The notes beneath the pieces are model-generated. The model was not told where the DNA came from, did not search any database, and saw nothing but the letters and a program-made list of their open reading frames with translations. From Flavobacteriales bacterium (GTDB taxonomy: Bacteria > Bacteroidota > Bacteroidia > CAIKAF01), in NCBI GenBank assembly GCA_025451235.1, contig JANWKT010000007.1, positions 249,511-313,510 of the forward strand: DNA of 64,000 bases. The letters run 5' to 3'. Each line of letters starts with the position of its first letter. Within the stretch, counting starts at the first letter, position 1. Shown one piece after another: positions 55,742-64,000 of the stretch. A program made the position numbers and the translations under genes.

Positions 55742-56383
55742 TTAGGGTATATTCAGGTATTTATGTGTTTGCAAGCTAATGGTCCATTCAGGGTGCACTT
55801 TTACAAAATCAATGATCAAAGGCAACATTTCCTTTTCCTTGCTCCATTCAGGCTGTAAGTAAAGATGGCAACCATCCCCTGTCTTTTCAGCATGTTCTAT
55901 GGCCCAATCAAAATCCGACTTATTATAAACGATGATCTTTAGCTCATTCGCATGTGGATATATGTTATTAACTGGTTTTTTAAATTTTTTAGGAGAAAGG
56001 CATACATGGTCCCAGGTACCGGTAAGTGGATATGCTCCGGATGTCTCCAGCCACACCTGATAACCCGCTGATCTCAATGTCTTTGTCAATTCCTCCATAT
56101 TATACATTAAAGGCTCCCCTCCAGTGATCACCACGTTGGTAGCAGCTGTTTTTCGTATATAACCCAACATGTCCTCAATGCTGGTCATTGGATGGATGGC
56201 CGGATCCCAACTTTCCTTTACATCACACCATACACAACCCACATCACAACCCCCTAATCGTAAAAAATAGGCCGGTTTTCCGGCATGCATTCCTTCTCCC
56301 TGGATGGTATAGAAATGCTCCATTAAGGGCAAAAACCCTTCAAGTTGAACAACGTTTATTTTTTCAGGAGAAATGCTACTCAT
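55742..56383 (-). CDS. queE: 7-carboxy-7-deazaguanine synthase (radical SAM)
   Basis: 213 aa. FYTIQGEGMHAGKPAYFLRLGGCDVGCVWCD carries the QueE-type CxxxCxxC cluster motif. Confidence 0.85.
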   Translation of the reverse strand: MSSISPEKINVVQLEGFLPLMEHFYTIQGEGMHAGKPAYFLRLGGCDVGCVWCDVKESWDPAIHPMTSIEDMLGYIRKTAATNVVITGGEPLMYNMEELTKTLRSAGYQVWLETSGAYPLTGTWDHVCLSPKKFKKPVNNIYPHANELKIIVYNKSDFDWAIEHAEKTGDGCHLYLQPEWSKEKEMLPLIIDFVKVHPEWTISLQTHKYLNIP

Positions 56384-57255
56384 TAAGCTTTGGCGATGCT
56401 TTCGAGTACAAATTTAATCAATCCATCCACAGCAGCATGCCCATCTTTCGAAAATGTCTTGTTTATCCGGTTGGCCACTACAGCGCATACCGTACAAACG
56501 TTGTGTCCCAGAATATTTCCCAGGCCATAAAGTGCCGATGCTTCCATTTCCAAATTAGTGGCTTTCAATGCACCATACCTGAACTTGGTATAATTATCGA
56601 TCAACTCGGGATTCATTAACTCATATCTTAATTGTCTTCCCTGGGGAGCATAAAAACCTGGAGCGGTAATGGTGATGCCTGTCTGGCATTTTTCCTTCAT
56701 CATTTTCAGCAGGGTCTCGCTGGCTCTAAAAACATAAGGTTTGGCAAAAATATATGGATAACCTGTTTGCCAGATGAACTGGTCAATGATATCCATTTGC
56801 TCAATGCTTTTATTGTATTTATAATAATTAAGCAATCCATCTAATCCAATTACGTAAGCAGATGCAATGTACTCATCCACATCCAAAGTTGGCTGAATGG
56901 AGCCTGTAGTACCTATCCTGATCAGGTTTAACTTTCTTTTTTCAGGTTTTTCTTCCCGGGTTTGCAAGTCAATGTTGATGGCAGCATCCAATTCATTTAA
57001 AACAATATCAATATTATCGGTACCAATCCCGGTAGATAATGCAGTGATCTTCTTATTGCCCAGCATACCCGTATGGGTAATAAACTCCCGGTTCTGGGTT
57101 TTAAATTCAATGGAATCAAAATGCTTGGAAACTTCTTTCACCCGATCGGGATCACCCACTAAAATAACATAGTCACCCACATTCTCTGGTTTGAGGTCCA
57201 TATGGTATACAGACCCGCGGGAAGTAATGATCAACTCAGAGTCCTTAAATGGCAT
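56383..57255 (-). CDS. Nucleoside phosphorylase (PNP_UDP_1 / uridine-phosphorylase-like family)
   Basis: 290 aa. VILVGDPDRV, STGIGTDNIDIVLNEL, RIGTTGS and NLEMEASALYGL are motifs typical of the NP-I fold. Its stop overlaps the queE start (TAATG). Confidence 0.7.
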   Translation of the reverse strand: MPFKDSELIITSRGSVYHMDLKPENVGDYVILVGDPDRVKEVSKHFDSIEFKTQNREFITHTGMLGNKKITALSTGIGTDNIDIVLNELDAAINIDLQTREEKPEKRKLNLIRIGTTGSIQPTLDVDEYIASAYVIGLDGLLNYYKYNKSIEQMDIIDQFIWQTGYPYIFAKPYVFRASETLLKMMKEKCQTGITITAPGFYAPQGRQLRYELMNPELIDNYTKFRYGALKATNLEMEASALYGLGNILGHNVCTVCAVVANRINKTFSKDGHAAVDGLIKFVLESIAKA

Positions 57256-57545
57256 GCAAGCAGGCTTTAATTCAAATATAATGGTAATAATTTATTCTGC
57301 AAGCCTACCATATGGGTTTTAATAAAGATATAATGAGGATGTTCCGCTAAGTTAAAGGAATATTAAAACAAGTTGCCCAAACCTGGCTAACTGTTGTAGC
57401 TATAACTAGTATCCTGTTTCAAAGCCGTTAGTAGAGACGTACAATTGCACGTCTCCCCATGTTGACGGAAAGCACCCAAAAACAACAAAAAGGATAATGT
57501 TGCCATTCATGCGCTGCCTATAGGCAGACAATCCCCTTAAATTAC

Positions 57546-57553
57546 TATTTTTG
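57546..57553 (+). promoter_or_regulatory. Candidate -7 promoter box (TAttTTTG) only 4 nt before the Nudix ATG, implying a leaderless or very short leader
   Basis: Matches TAnnTTTG. A 14-bp palindrome lies 18 nt upstream (57514-57527). Confidence 0.25.
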
Positions 57554-57557
57554 CTCT

Positions 57558-58199
57558 ATGCATGAATGGATTAGCCAGCTGGAAACATTTTTGAAAGGAA
57601 CCCTGCCAGGTGCATCTGCCCATAGCAAAATGTCACCCGTAGGAAGGGGAAATACCGAAGAGCATATCCAAACCTTAATGAGTCCGGCCAGGATAAGTGC
57701 GGTGATGGTCCTGTTATTCCAGGTAGAAAATATATGGAAAACCGTTCTTATAAAAAGGCCCGATTACCAGGGAGTACATAGTGGACAGATCGGGTTTCCC
57801 GGAGGTAAATATGAGGAAGACGATAAGAGCTACCAGCATACAGCGTTGCGTGAAACAGAAGAGGAAATTGGCATTCCGGCTCAGGATATTCAACTGATAG
57901 GTGCATTGAGCAGGATCTATATTCCACCAAGTAATTTCATTGTTTACCCGTTTATCGGATGGCTTAAAGACCACCCTATATTTTCAATTGATCCAAAAGA
58001 AGTAGAAAGTCTGTTGCTTCCCGATATTGAAATTCTATTGGATGAATCCATTAAAGATGAAGGGAGTTTTATGGCTGGTGGGCAATCTGGCTGGCAGATA
58101 AAAGCTCCTTACTATAAAATTGAAGGACAAAAAGTTTGGGGGGCAACTGCCGCTATTCTTAGCGAATTCAAGGAGATCATGCATCTGATCAAAGCTTGA
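57558..58199 (+). CDS. Nudix hydrolase, CoA-pyrophosphatase type
   Basis: 213 aa. The Nudix box GGKYEEDDKSYQHTALRETEEEIGI is preceded by VLIKRPDYQGVHSGQIGFPGG, a CoA-pyrophosphatase-type upstream motif. Confidence 0.8.
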   Translation: MHEWISQLETFLKGTLPGASAHSKMSPVGRGNTEEHIQTLMSPARISAVMVLLFQVENIWKTVLIKRPDYQGVHSGQIGFPGGKYEEDDKSYQHTALRETEEEIGIPAQDIQLIGALSRIYIPPSNFIVYPFIGWLKDHPIFSIDPKEVESLLLPDIEILLDESIKDEGSFMAGGQSGWQIKAPYYKIEGQKVWGATAAILSEFKEIMHLIKA

Positions 58200-58386
58200 T
58201 CAGCCAGTTCTTAAAAAACAGGAACAGGATAAATAAAACAGCCACGATCAAAATGATCTGCCAGGAATTTTTGTAATTTTTCTTGTGCATTTTTCTGTCT
58301 TTGATATACAGAACTACCAATACAATGGCAAACACAATAATAAATGCAATAGCAAAATAAATATGCCCGATCTTGATCACTTCCAT
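58189..58386 (-). CDS. Possible small two-TM membrane protein
   Basis: 65-aa ORF with two clean hydrophobic helices (IYFAIAFIIVFAIVLVVLYI, IILIVAVLFILFLFF). It fills an otherwise non-coding 286-nt gap. Weak evidence. Confidence 0.4.
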   Translation of the reverse strand: MEVIKIGHIYFAIAFIIVFAIVLVVLYIKDRKMHKKNYKNSWQIILIVAVLFILFLFFKNWLIKL

Positions 58387-58485
58387 GGTGCAAAAGTGGG
58401 GAATAAAGTTGGAAGTAAGAAGACCGAAATGGGAGGATACCTGTATTCTTCCGACTTCGGTCTTCCAACTTTCTTATCTTTGCCT

Positions 58486-59019
58486 ATGCGAATCATTAGC
58501 GGAATACATAAAGGGCGGATCATACAGGCTCCTTCGCACCTGCCCGTACGCCCCACCACCGATTATGCCCGGACCGGTCTGTTCAACCTGCTGAACAGCC
58601 GGCTCAGTTTTGAAGATATTTCATGTATAGATTTATTTAGTGGAACCGGGGCCATCAGTCTGGAACTGGCCTCCAGGGGATGTAAAGACATTACTGCCAT
58701 CGATAATAACCGAAATTGTATCCAATTCCTTCAACAAACTGTGAATAGCTGGAAAGTAACAGGGATCCGCATCATCAAAGAGGATGTATTTAAGTTCTTA
58801 AACACGGCCCGTATGAATGCCGACCTTATTTTCGCAGACCCACCGTATGCACTAAAAGGCCTCAAAGAAATTCCTGAGATCATCACCAAAAATAAGCTGG
58901 TAAAACCGGGAGGATTATTAATTTTGGAACACGGAGATGATCAATCTTTTAAAGATTCGCCCCATTTTGTAGAGGAAAGAAATTACGGTAATGTTAACTT
59001 TAGTATCTTTCAGTTTTAA
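58486..59019 (+). CDS. rsmD: 16S rRNA (guanine966-N2)-methyltransferase
   Basis: MRIISGIHKGRIIQAPSHLPVRPTTDYARTGLFNLL...DLFSGTGAISLELASRG...ADPPY is the RsmD pattern. The ORF track begins at 58285; ATG 58486 fits family N-termini. Confidence 0.85.
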   Translation: MRIISGIHKGRIIQAPSHLPVRPTTDYARTGLFNLLNSRLSFEDISCIDLFSGTGAISLELASRGCKDITAIDNNRNCIQFLQQTVNSWKVTGIRIIKEDVFKFLNTARMNADLIFADPPYALKGLKEIPEIITKNKLVKPGGLLILEHGDDQSFKDSPHFVEERNYGNVNFSIFQF

Positions 59020-59027
59020 TTTGATAT

Positions 59028-59489
59028 ATGAAAAGAATAGCGGTATACCCTGGTACTTTCGACCCTGTTACCAAAGGTCATGAGGCCCTTGTGCTAAAAG
59101 CGCTTCCTTTGTTCGACGAAATTATTATTGCAATAGGTCATAACTCCAAAAAACAAACCTATTTTCCGATTGAGAAAAGAAAAGCTTGGCTAGAGACCAT
59201 TTTTTCGAATTATCCACAGGTTAAAATAGACACTTTTGATGGGTTAACTGTTAACTATTGTAAAGAAAAAAATGCCCGTTTTATTCTAAGAGGTCTGAGA
59301 AACCCCACCGATTTTGAATATGAAGGAAACATTGCCCAGGCCAATAGTACACTCAATCCTGAGATTGAGACTGTATTCCTGATCAGTAATCCAGGATTAT
59401 CCATTGTAAGCTCATCCATCGTACGGGAAATCCATAGACATGGAGGAGATATCAGCCAGTTTATTCCTTCCGGCATCATTATTGAATAA
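59028..59489 (+). CDS. coaD: Phosphopantetheine adenylyltransferase
   Basis: MKRIAVYPGTFDPVTKGHEALV...RGLRNPTDFEYE...SSSIVREI is canonical CoaD. 153 aa. Confidence 0.95.
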   Translation: MKRIAVYPGTFDPVTKGHEALVLKALPLFDEIIIAIGHNSKKQTYFPIEKRKAWLETIFSNYPQVKIDTFDGLTVNYCKEKNARFILRGLRNPTDFEYEGNIAQANSTLNPEIETVFLISNPGLSIVSSSIVREIHRHGGDISQFIPSGIIIE

Positions 59490-59539
59490 TACTTTAGCAT
59501 ATAATTACGTTAAGTACAATACCCCTTAGCCACTGAACT

Positions 59540-60907
59540 ATGCCAAAACGCGTTTTTAGCACATTCCTACTCATTTCGGGCATATTATATGCGCAGAACA
59601 CGACTATTGAGGTAAAGGGCAACGCCACTATGCTGGCAAATACTCCGGTATCTCTTACCCAATTCGCCGATTATATCACTCAAAGTGAAGTAATGGTGGC
59701 CAAGGGGAATATAGATGCCGAAGGAAAATTCTCCCTGTCGGTGAAGGATGGTCCCACCGGTGAGTATATGCTCCATGTTGGAAATTCAGCCCACTCCCTT
59801 ATTCTTGAACCAGGCCATATATATAACCTGGAAATTCCCGACCCCACCGGTGAGCAAGTGTATTATCCTATAGAAACCGATACTACTTTATTGTTGTATC
59901 AGATATCCAACCTGGACTATGAGGTCAATTATTTTTCCATTTATAATTATGAAGATTTTAGCAATGGCAGGATCAAAAACAAGCTCAAAAAGTTTATTGA
60001 TAGCATGGATGTAAAATACAAATCCATTACAAACCCTTATTTTACCCAGTACAAAGAGTATAAAATGGCTGTCCTGATGTCAACGGCACATTATAAAAGC
60101 AGGAATACCATGTATCAAACATTTTTAAAAAATAAACCCATTTTGTACAACCATCCCCAGTATATGGCATTTTTTAATAGCTTTTATACCGGAGTGATGA
60201 ATGGCCTCTATAAATCAGGAAGGTATCCAGGATTGAAAAATGCATTTCTCGATGGTACTTCTATTGATTCCGTATTAACCGCTATCCAAAAAGAAGAAAC
60301 GGGTGGAGATAAAGATCTAACGGAACTGGTTTGTATGAAAGGTTTATTTGAGATTTATTATAATCCTGAGTTCAATAAAACAAATGTAGAGAAACTGGCC
60401 ATTGAGTTAAAAGAGAAAACAGTTAACCAGCAAATAAAAGACATTGTTTCCTACTTTCTGATGATCACAGGAAGACTTAAACCAGGTAATCCTGCAGCTA
60501 ATTTTGAAGGAAAAGACACTGAAGGCAATGTTCATCAGTTATCCGAATACCAGGGAAAGTATATCTACCTCACTTTTTTCTCAACGGATGATGCTGCCAG
60601 TATTAGAGAAGTAACTGCCATTAAAAGCCTATATGATGATTACCGGAAAGAAGTCACCTTTATCAGTGTTTGTTCTAGCTGCACCTATTCTTCCTTACAA
60701 GCGTTTATTGCAGAAAATAAGCTAAAATGGACCTTCCTGATCATAGACCCTGCTGCTGAAAGCGCTTATGAGGTGATTACCTATCCAACTGCCTTTTTGA
60801 TCGATAAAGAGGGTAAATTTGCTTATTCCCCTTATTACCTCCCTTCGGCTGGGGCAAGCAAAAGGCTCTTTGTTTACCTGAAGGAACAAAGGCTGAAAAA
60901 CCGATAA
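59540..60907 (+). CDS. Secreted protein with C-terminal TlpA/thioredoxin-like fold lacking the CxxC active site
   Basis: 455 aa. Signal peptide. C-terminus ANFEGKDTEGNVHQLSEYQGKYIYLTFFSTDDAASIREV...YPTAFLIDKEGK aligns with TlpA-like redoxins, but WCxPC is replaced by TDDAAS. Confidence 0.65.
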   Translation: MPKRVFSTFLLISGILYAQNTTIEVKGNATMLANTPVSLTQFADYITQSEVMVAKGNIDAEGKFSLSVKDGPTGEYMLHVGNSAHSLILEPGHIYNLEIPDPTGEQVYYPIETDTTLLLYQISNLDYEVNYFSIYNYEDFSNGRIKNKLKKFIDSMDVKYKSITNPYFTQYKEYKMAVLMSTAHYKSRNTMYQTFLKNKPILYNHPQYMAFFNSFYTGVMNGLYKSGRYPGLKNAFLDGTSIDSVLTAIQKEETGGDKDLTELVCMKGLFEIYYNPEFNKTNVEKLAIELKEKTVNQQIKDIVSYFLMITGRLKPGNPAANFEGKDTEGNVHQLSEYQGKYIYLTFFSTDDAASIREVTAIKSLYDDYRKEVTFISVCSSCTYSSLQAFIAENKLKWTFLIIDPAAESAYEVITYPTAFLIDKEGKFAYSPYYLPSAGASKRLFVYLKEQRLKNR

Positions 60908-60975
60908 ACCCATAATTTTGTAAGTAAAACCGGCTTCTTTTTTTCGTATCTTTATTCTGTATTAATACAAATGCT

Positions 60976-62454
60976 ATGAAGAGGTCATTGCTCCTTGCAC
61001 TATTTCTCTTTTCCCTGTTGAAGGCATATTCAATTTCAGGAGGTTACGATTATTTTATTTTTTATACCCCCGAAGGTAAGCCTTACCTTGAAGTTTATTA
61101 TTGGGTGGAAGGAAGATCCATTGAATACAAAAAAGTATCCGATTCAAAAAAGCAAGGAGAATTGGAAATTACGCTGATCATTAGCGACAAAGATACCAGC
61201 AAGGTATTTTCTTTTGAAAAAATAAAACTGCAGACCTTAGAGTTCGATATAAATGATTCGTTGATGGGTGATGTGTATAACGTAAAACGTATCATGATCC
61301 CTGCAGGTATTAGTTATATGGAGCTTTCCATTAAAGACCTACATTCCACGAAGGAAAGTAGCTTTAACACAAAGGATACCATCAACTCCGCTAACATTAC
61401 TACATCAAACCTTTTTGTTTCAAATATCCAATTGGTCGATTTTGTCATCCCCACTGAAACTGAAAATCGTTTCAGCAAGGGAGGTTTTGACATACTTCCT
61501 TATCACGGAAATTATTATTCATCCGACCATGAAAAGATCCTGTTTTATACCGAGATCATCAATGCATCCAAAGACCTGGGTAAAGGGGGGAAATATTTAA
61601 TGAATTGCTATCTGGAAAATGCGGTCACCGGTTTGCAACTGGAAAATTTCTTTATTAGAAAAAGAATGAAGGCCGAAGATTATTCAGTGGTATTATCAGA
61701 ATTTCCTATTGCTAACCTGGGAGCCGGATCCTATAATTTTGTGGTGGAAATAAGGGACAGCCTTAACCAATTCAGGGCAAAAGCCTCCGTTACCGTAGAA
61801 CGTGAAAGTCATATATCAGCTTTAACAGAAGATTCCTACCGGACCATTAGCACAGAAAATACCTGGGCCGATGGACTCAAACAGGATTCTTTGGAAGAAT
61901 ATTTACATTCTTTGCGTCCTATATGCGAAGGGAACGAATACCAATATGTAAAAAACATTATGAAGGAAAATGATCCTGCTACCATGCGCAAATTTATTTA
62001 TGCCTTCTGGACGAGCAGGTATCCTGACGGACCGGGAAATCCTTACCGTTCGCTGAGTGAGTTCAAGACCTATAATAACCTAGTTTATTATGTAAATGAA
62101 GCCTTTGGAACTACCCTTTCTCAGGGATACCTTACCGAACGCGGAAGGGTATATCTAAAATATGGGGCCCCTAATTCCATTTCCCAGCGTCATATCGACC
62201 CAAGCGCCTTTCCTTATGAGATTTGGAGCTATTACAAGCTTAACTCTCAAACCAGGGTTCGATTCATTTTCTGGTGTGATGATCTTTCTACAAACGATTT
62301 CAGACTGTTACATTCAGACTTGAGGGGTGAGATCCAGAACCGGCAATGGGAAAAGATGTTATATTCTAGAAACAACACCTGGAAGGGAGATGAGAATGAA
62401 ATGAATCCCAATTTTGGCAGCTGGTCCAGGGATTATTACAACAACCCCCGGTAA
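60976..62454 (+). CDS. GWxTD-domain-like secreted protein
   Basis: 492 aa. Signal peptide. C-terminal region ...GYLTERGRVYLKYGAPNSISQ...PYEIWSY resembles the GWxTD domain (here GYLTE). Confidence 0.6.
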   Translation: MKRSLLLALFLFSLLKAYSISGGYDYFIFYTPEGKPYLEVYYWVEGRSIEYKKVSDSKKQGELEITLIISDKDTSKVFSFEKIKLQTLEFDINDSLMGDVYNVKRIMIPAGISYMELSIKDLHSTKESSFNTKDTINSANITTSNLFVSNIQLVDFVIPTETENRFSKGGFDILPYHGNYYSSDHEKILFYTEIINASKDLGKGGKYLMNCYLENAVTGLQLENFFIRKRMKAEDYSVVLSEFPIANLGAGSYNFVVEIRDSLNQFRAKASVTVERESHISALTEDSYRTISTENTWADGLKQDSLEEYLHSLRPICEGNEYQYVKNIMKENDPATMRKFIYAFWTSRYPDGPGNPYRSLSEFKTYNNLVYYVNEAFGTTLSQGYLTERGRVYLKYGAPNSISQRHIDPSAFPYEIWSYYKLNSQTRVRFIFWCDDLSTNDFRLLHSDLRGEIQNRQWEKMLYSRNNTWKGDENEMNPNFGSWSRDYYNNPR

Positions 62455-62483
62455 TTTTTTTAGCCATCCCTATAAAATTCTGA

Positions 62484-62491
62484 TACTTTTG
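62484..62491 (+). promoter_or_regulatory. Candidate -7 promoter box (TActTTTG) upstream of the GT2 gene
   Basis: Matches TAnnTTTG, 19 nt upstream of GTG 62510. Confidence 0.3.
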
Positions 62492-62509
62492 TCGTTCATG
62501 ATTATCTAA

Positions 62510-63535
62510 GTGGCAAAGGTTGCAGTCGTTATACTCAATTGGAATGGAGAAAAACTCTTATCACAGTTTTTACCCGCAATTTTAGAACATAGTCCCGCCT
62601 ATGCCGATATATATGTGGCCGATAATGCTTCTACAGATAATAGTATATCCATTGTTCAACAACAATTTCCTACCGTAAAGATCATTGCTCTCAAAAAAAA
62701 CTGGGGCTTTGCTGCCGGATATAACCGTGCCCTAGAACAGATCGAGGCAGAGTACTATGTTTTACTCAATTCGGATGTAGAAGTAACCGCAGGTTGGATG
62801 GAACCTATCATAGACCTGCTGGATAAGGATAAAGGGATTGCCGCCTGTCAACCAAAGATCAGGTCCTATAAACAAAAGGACGAATTCGAGTATGCCGGTG
62901 CCGCAGGAGGATTTATTGACAAATGGTGCTATCCCTTCTGTCGCGGAAGGATATTCCATATTTTCGAAAAAGATGAAGGTCAATACGATCAGGTAACGGA
63001 GATCTTCTGGGCCAGTGGAGCTTCATTGTTTATCCGTTCCGAAGTATATCATGAAGTAGATGGGTTGGATGAAGACTTCTTTGCCCATATGGAAGAAATT
63101 GATCTATGTTGGAGAATAAAGAATCTGGGACATAAAGTATTCTTTCATCCTGGGTCATTGGTATATCATGTAGGCGGCGGAACATTATTAATGGGCTCAC
63201 CAAAAAAAACATTTTTGAATTTCAGGAATAACCTGATGTTAATGACCAAAAATTTACCCAAGAGGTCTTTTTTCCCTTTATTGTTTTTACGAATGATTCT
63301 GGATGGAATTGCTGCCATTTCCTTCTTGCCTCATAAAAATGGACTGAAAAATTTTTGGGCAGTATTTGTGGCCCATTTGAGCTATTATTACTACTTCTTC
63401 AGGATAATGAGGAAAAGAAAGAATGTGCCAAATAAAAAAGTGGGACGTATCTATAAAAAATCAGTGGTGTTTGACTTCTTTTTAAGAAAGAAAAGAAAGT
63501 TCAGTGACCTGGAAGGAGATTTTACCACTTCATGA
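62510..63535 (+). CDS. Glycosyltransferase family 2 (rhamnosyltransferase-like)
   Basis: 341 aa with a GTG start. VAVVILNWNGEKLL, DNASTDNS, LLNSDVEV and EEIDLCWR are motifs of GT-A/GT2 enzymes. Confidence 0.8.
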   Translation: MAKVAVVILNWNGEKLLSQFLPAILEHSPAYADIYVADNASTDNSISIVQQQFPTVKIIALKKNWGFAAGYNRALEQIEAEYYVLLNSDVEVTAGWMEPIIDLLDKDKGIAACQPKIRSYKQKDEFEYAGAAGGFIDKWCYPFCRGRIFHIFEKDEGQYDQVTEIFWASGASLFIRSEVYHEVDGLDEDFFAHMEEIDLCWRIKNLGHKVFFHPGSLVYHVGGGTLLMGSPKKTFLNFRNNLMLMTKNLPKRSFFPLLFLRMILDGIAAISFLPHKNGLKNFWAVFVAHLSYYYYFFRIMRKRKNVPNKKVGRIYKKSVVFDFFLRKKRKFSDLEGDFTTS

Positions 63536-63589
63536 ACTTTTGCAACCCATTGTTGTAAATGATGAAAGTACATTCTAGAAAAAATATAC

Positions 63590-64000
63590 ATGAAAACCTC
63601 CAAGCCAATAGCGCTGATCATAACCATCTTATTCGTTGGTCTCAGCTTTCTACTGGTCATGTATGTTTTCGAATCCCCTATAAGGCCAGAAAAACACCAC
63701 GATAAGAAGTATGCCGCCATTACGATCCGGGATAATGTGAGCTCTTTTGAAAAATTTGGGACCAGGTTGTTTACCATACCTTATTTGAATAAACATTATA
63801 ATCAGGTGGTTTACCATACCGAAGGTTATAAAGAAGAAAAAAGAGAAAATTTTATATCTGATCTAACCACCCTGCTCAACCAATATGATAGCGTGGATAT
63901 ATTCCTGCTAGCCCATGGTAATTATTACTATGTATGGCTGCAGGAGATCAGCCATGATTTACGCAAGAAGATCCGCCTTGTGTATAATACAGCTTGTTCA
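63590..64000 (+). CDS. Membrane-anchored protein of unknown function, 3'-truncated by the window edge
   Basis: Absent from the ORF track because it has no stop. ATG 63590 opens a frame of 137 codons to the window end. N-terminus MKTSKPIALIITILFVGLSFLLVMYVF is a TM anchor. Confidence 0.55.
   Translation, partial: MKTSKPIALIITILFVGLSFLLVMYVFESPIRPEKHHDKKYAAITIRDNVSSFEKFGTRLFTIPYLNKHYNQVVYHTEGYKEEKRENFISDLTTLLNQYDSVDIFLLAHGNYYYVWLQEISHDLRKKIRLVYNTACS

Overview
This 64-kb chromosomal segment reads as Bacteroidota. The evidence is type A and type B T9SS C-terminal sorting domains, SprB repeats and TAnnTTTG -7-like boxes. I call about 50 protein genes. I found no rRNA or tRNA genes, no CRISPR array, and no transposase, integrase or phage genes. 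All calls rest on ORF structure and motif recognition by eye; no homology search was possible.

Core housekeeping genes:
- rpsF-rpsR-rplI operon with a clean intrinsic terminator
- pntAB transhydrogenase
- trxA, coaD, rsmD, queE and a pterin-4a-carbinolamine dehydratase
- a Nudix CoA pyrophosphatase, a rhomboid protease, and GT2/GT4 glycosyltransferases with an O-antigen-ligase-like membrane protein

The dominant theme is cell-surface and secreted cargo. Nine ORFs, about 25.6 kb or roughly 40% of the window, carry T9SS C-terminal domains:
- a 2925-aa BNR-propeller/PKD protein with 21 tandem 71-80-aa Ig-like units (11607-16556) that show nested higher-order duplications
- three tandem LRR-PKD-CarboxypepD_reg-like paralogs (28158-33564)
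- a SprB-repeat/PKD protein and an SBBP-propeller/PKD protein, both with type B C-terminal domains
- a purple-acid-phosphatase-like enzyme

A window-truncated PhoX-like gene (1-2047) lies next to this island, but its C-terminus is off-window, so it is not counted among the nine.

The loci I consider most worth follow-up:
1. A T9SS-sorted putative peptidase-like protein followed 14 nt later by a Kazal-type inhibitor lipoprotein, then a TAATG-coupled pair of unknown secreted proteins (3925-7884).
2. The triplicated LRR cargo genes.
3. A set of GC-rich hairpin or palindrome modules scattered in intergenic regions (10345-10450, 19960-20095, 24067-24086, 27396-27414, 28072-28082, 40541-40560, 45284-45376, 57434-57527).

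I cannot identify a defined novel multi-gene system with confidence. The candidates are offered as hypotheses.
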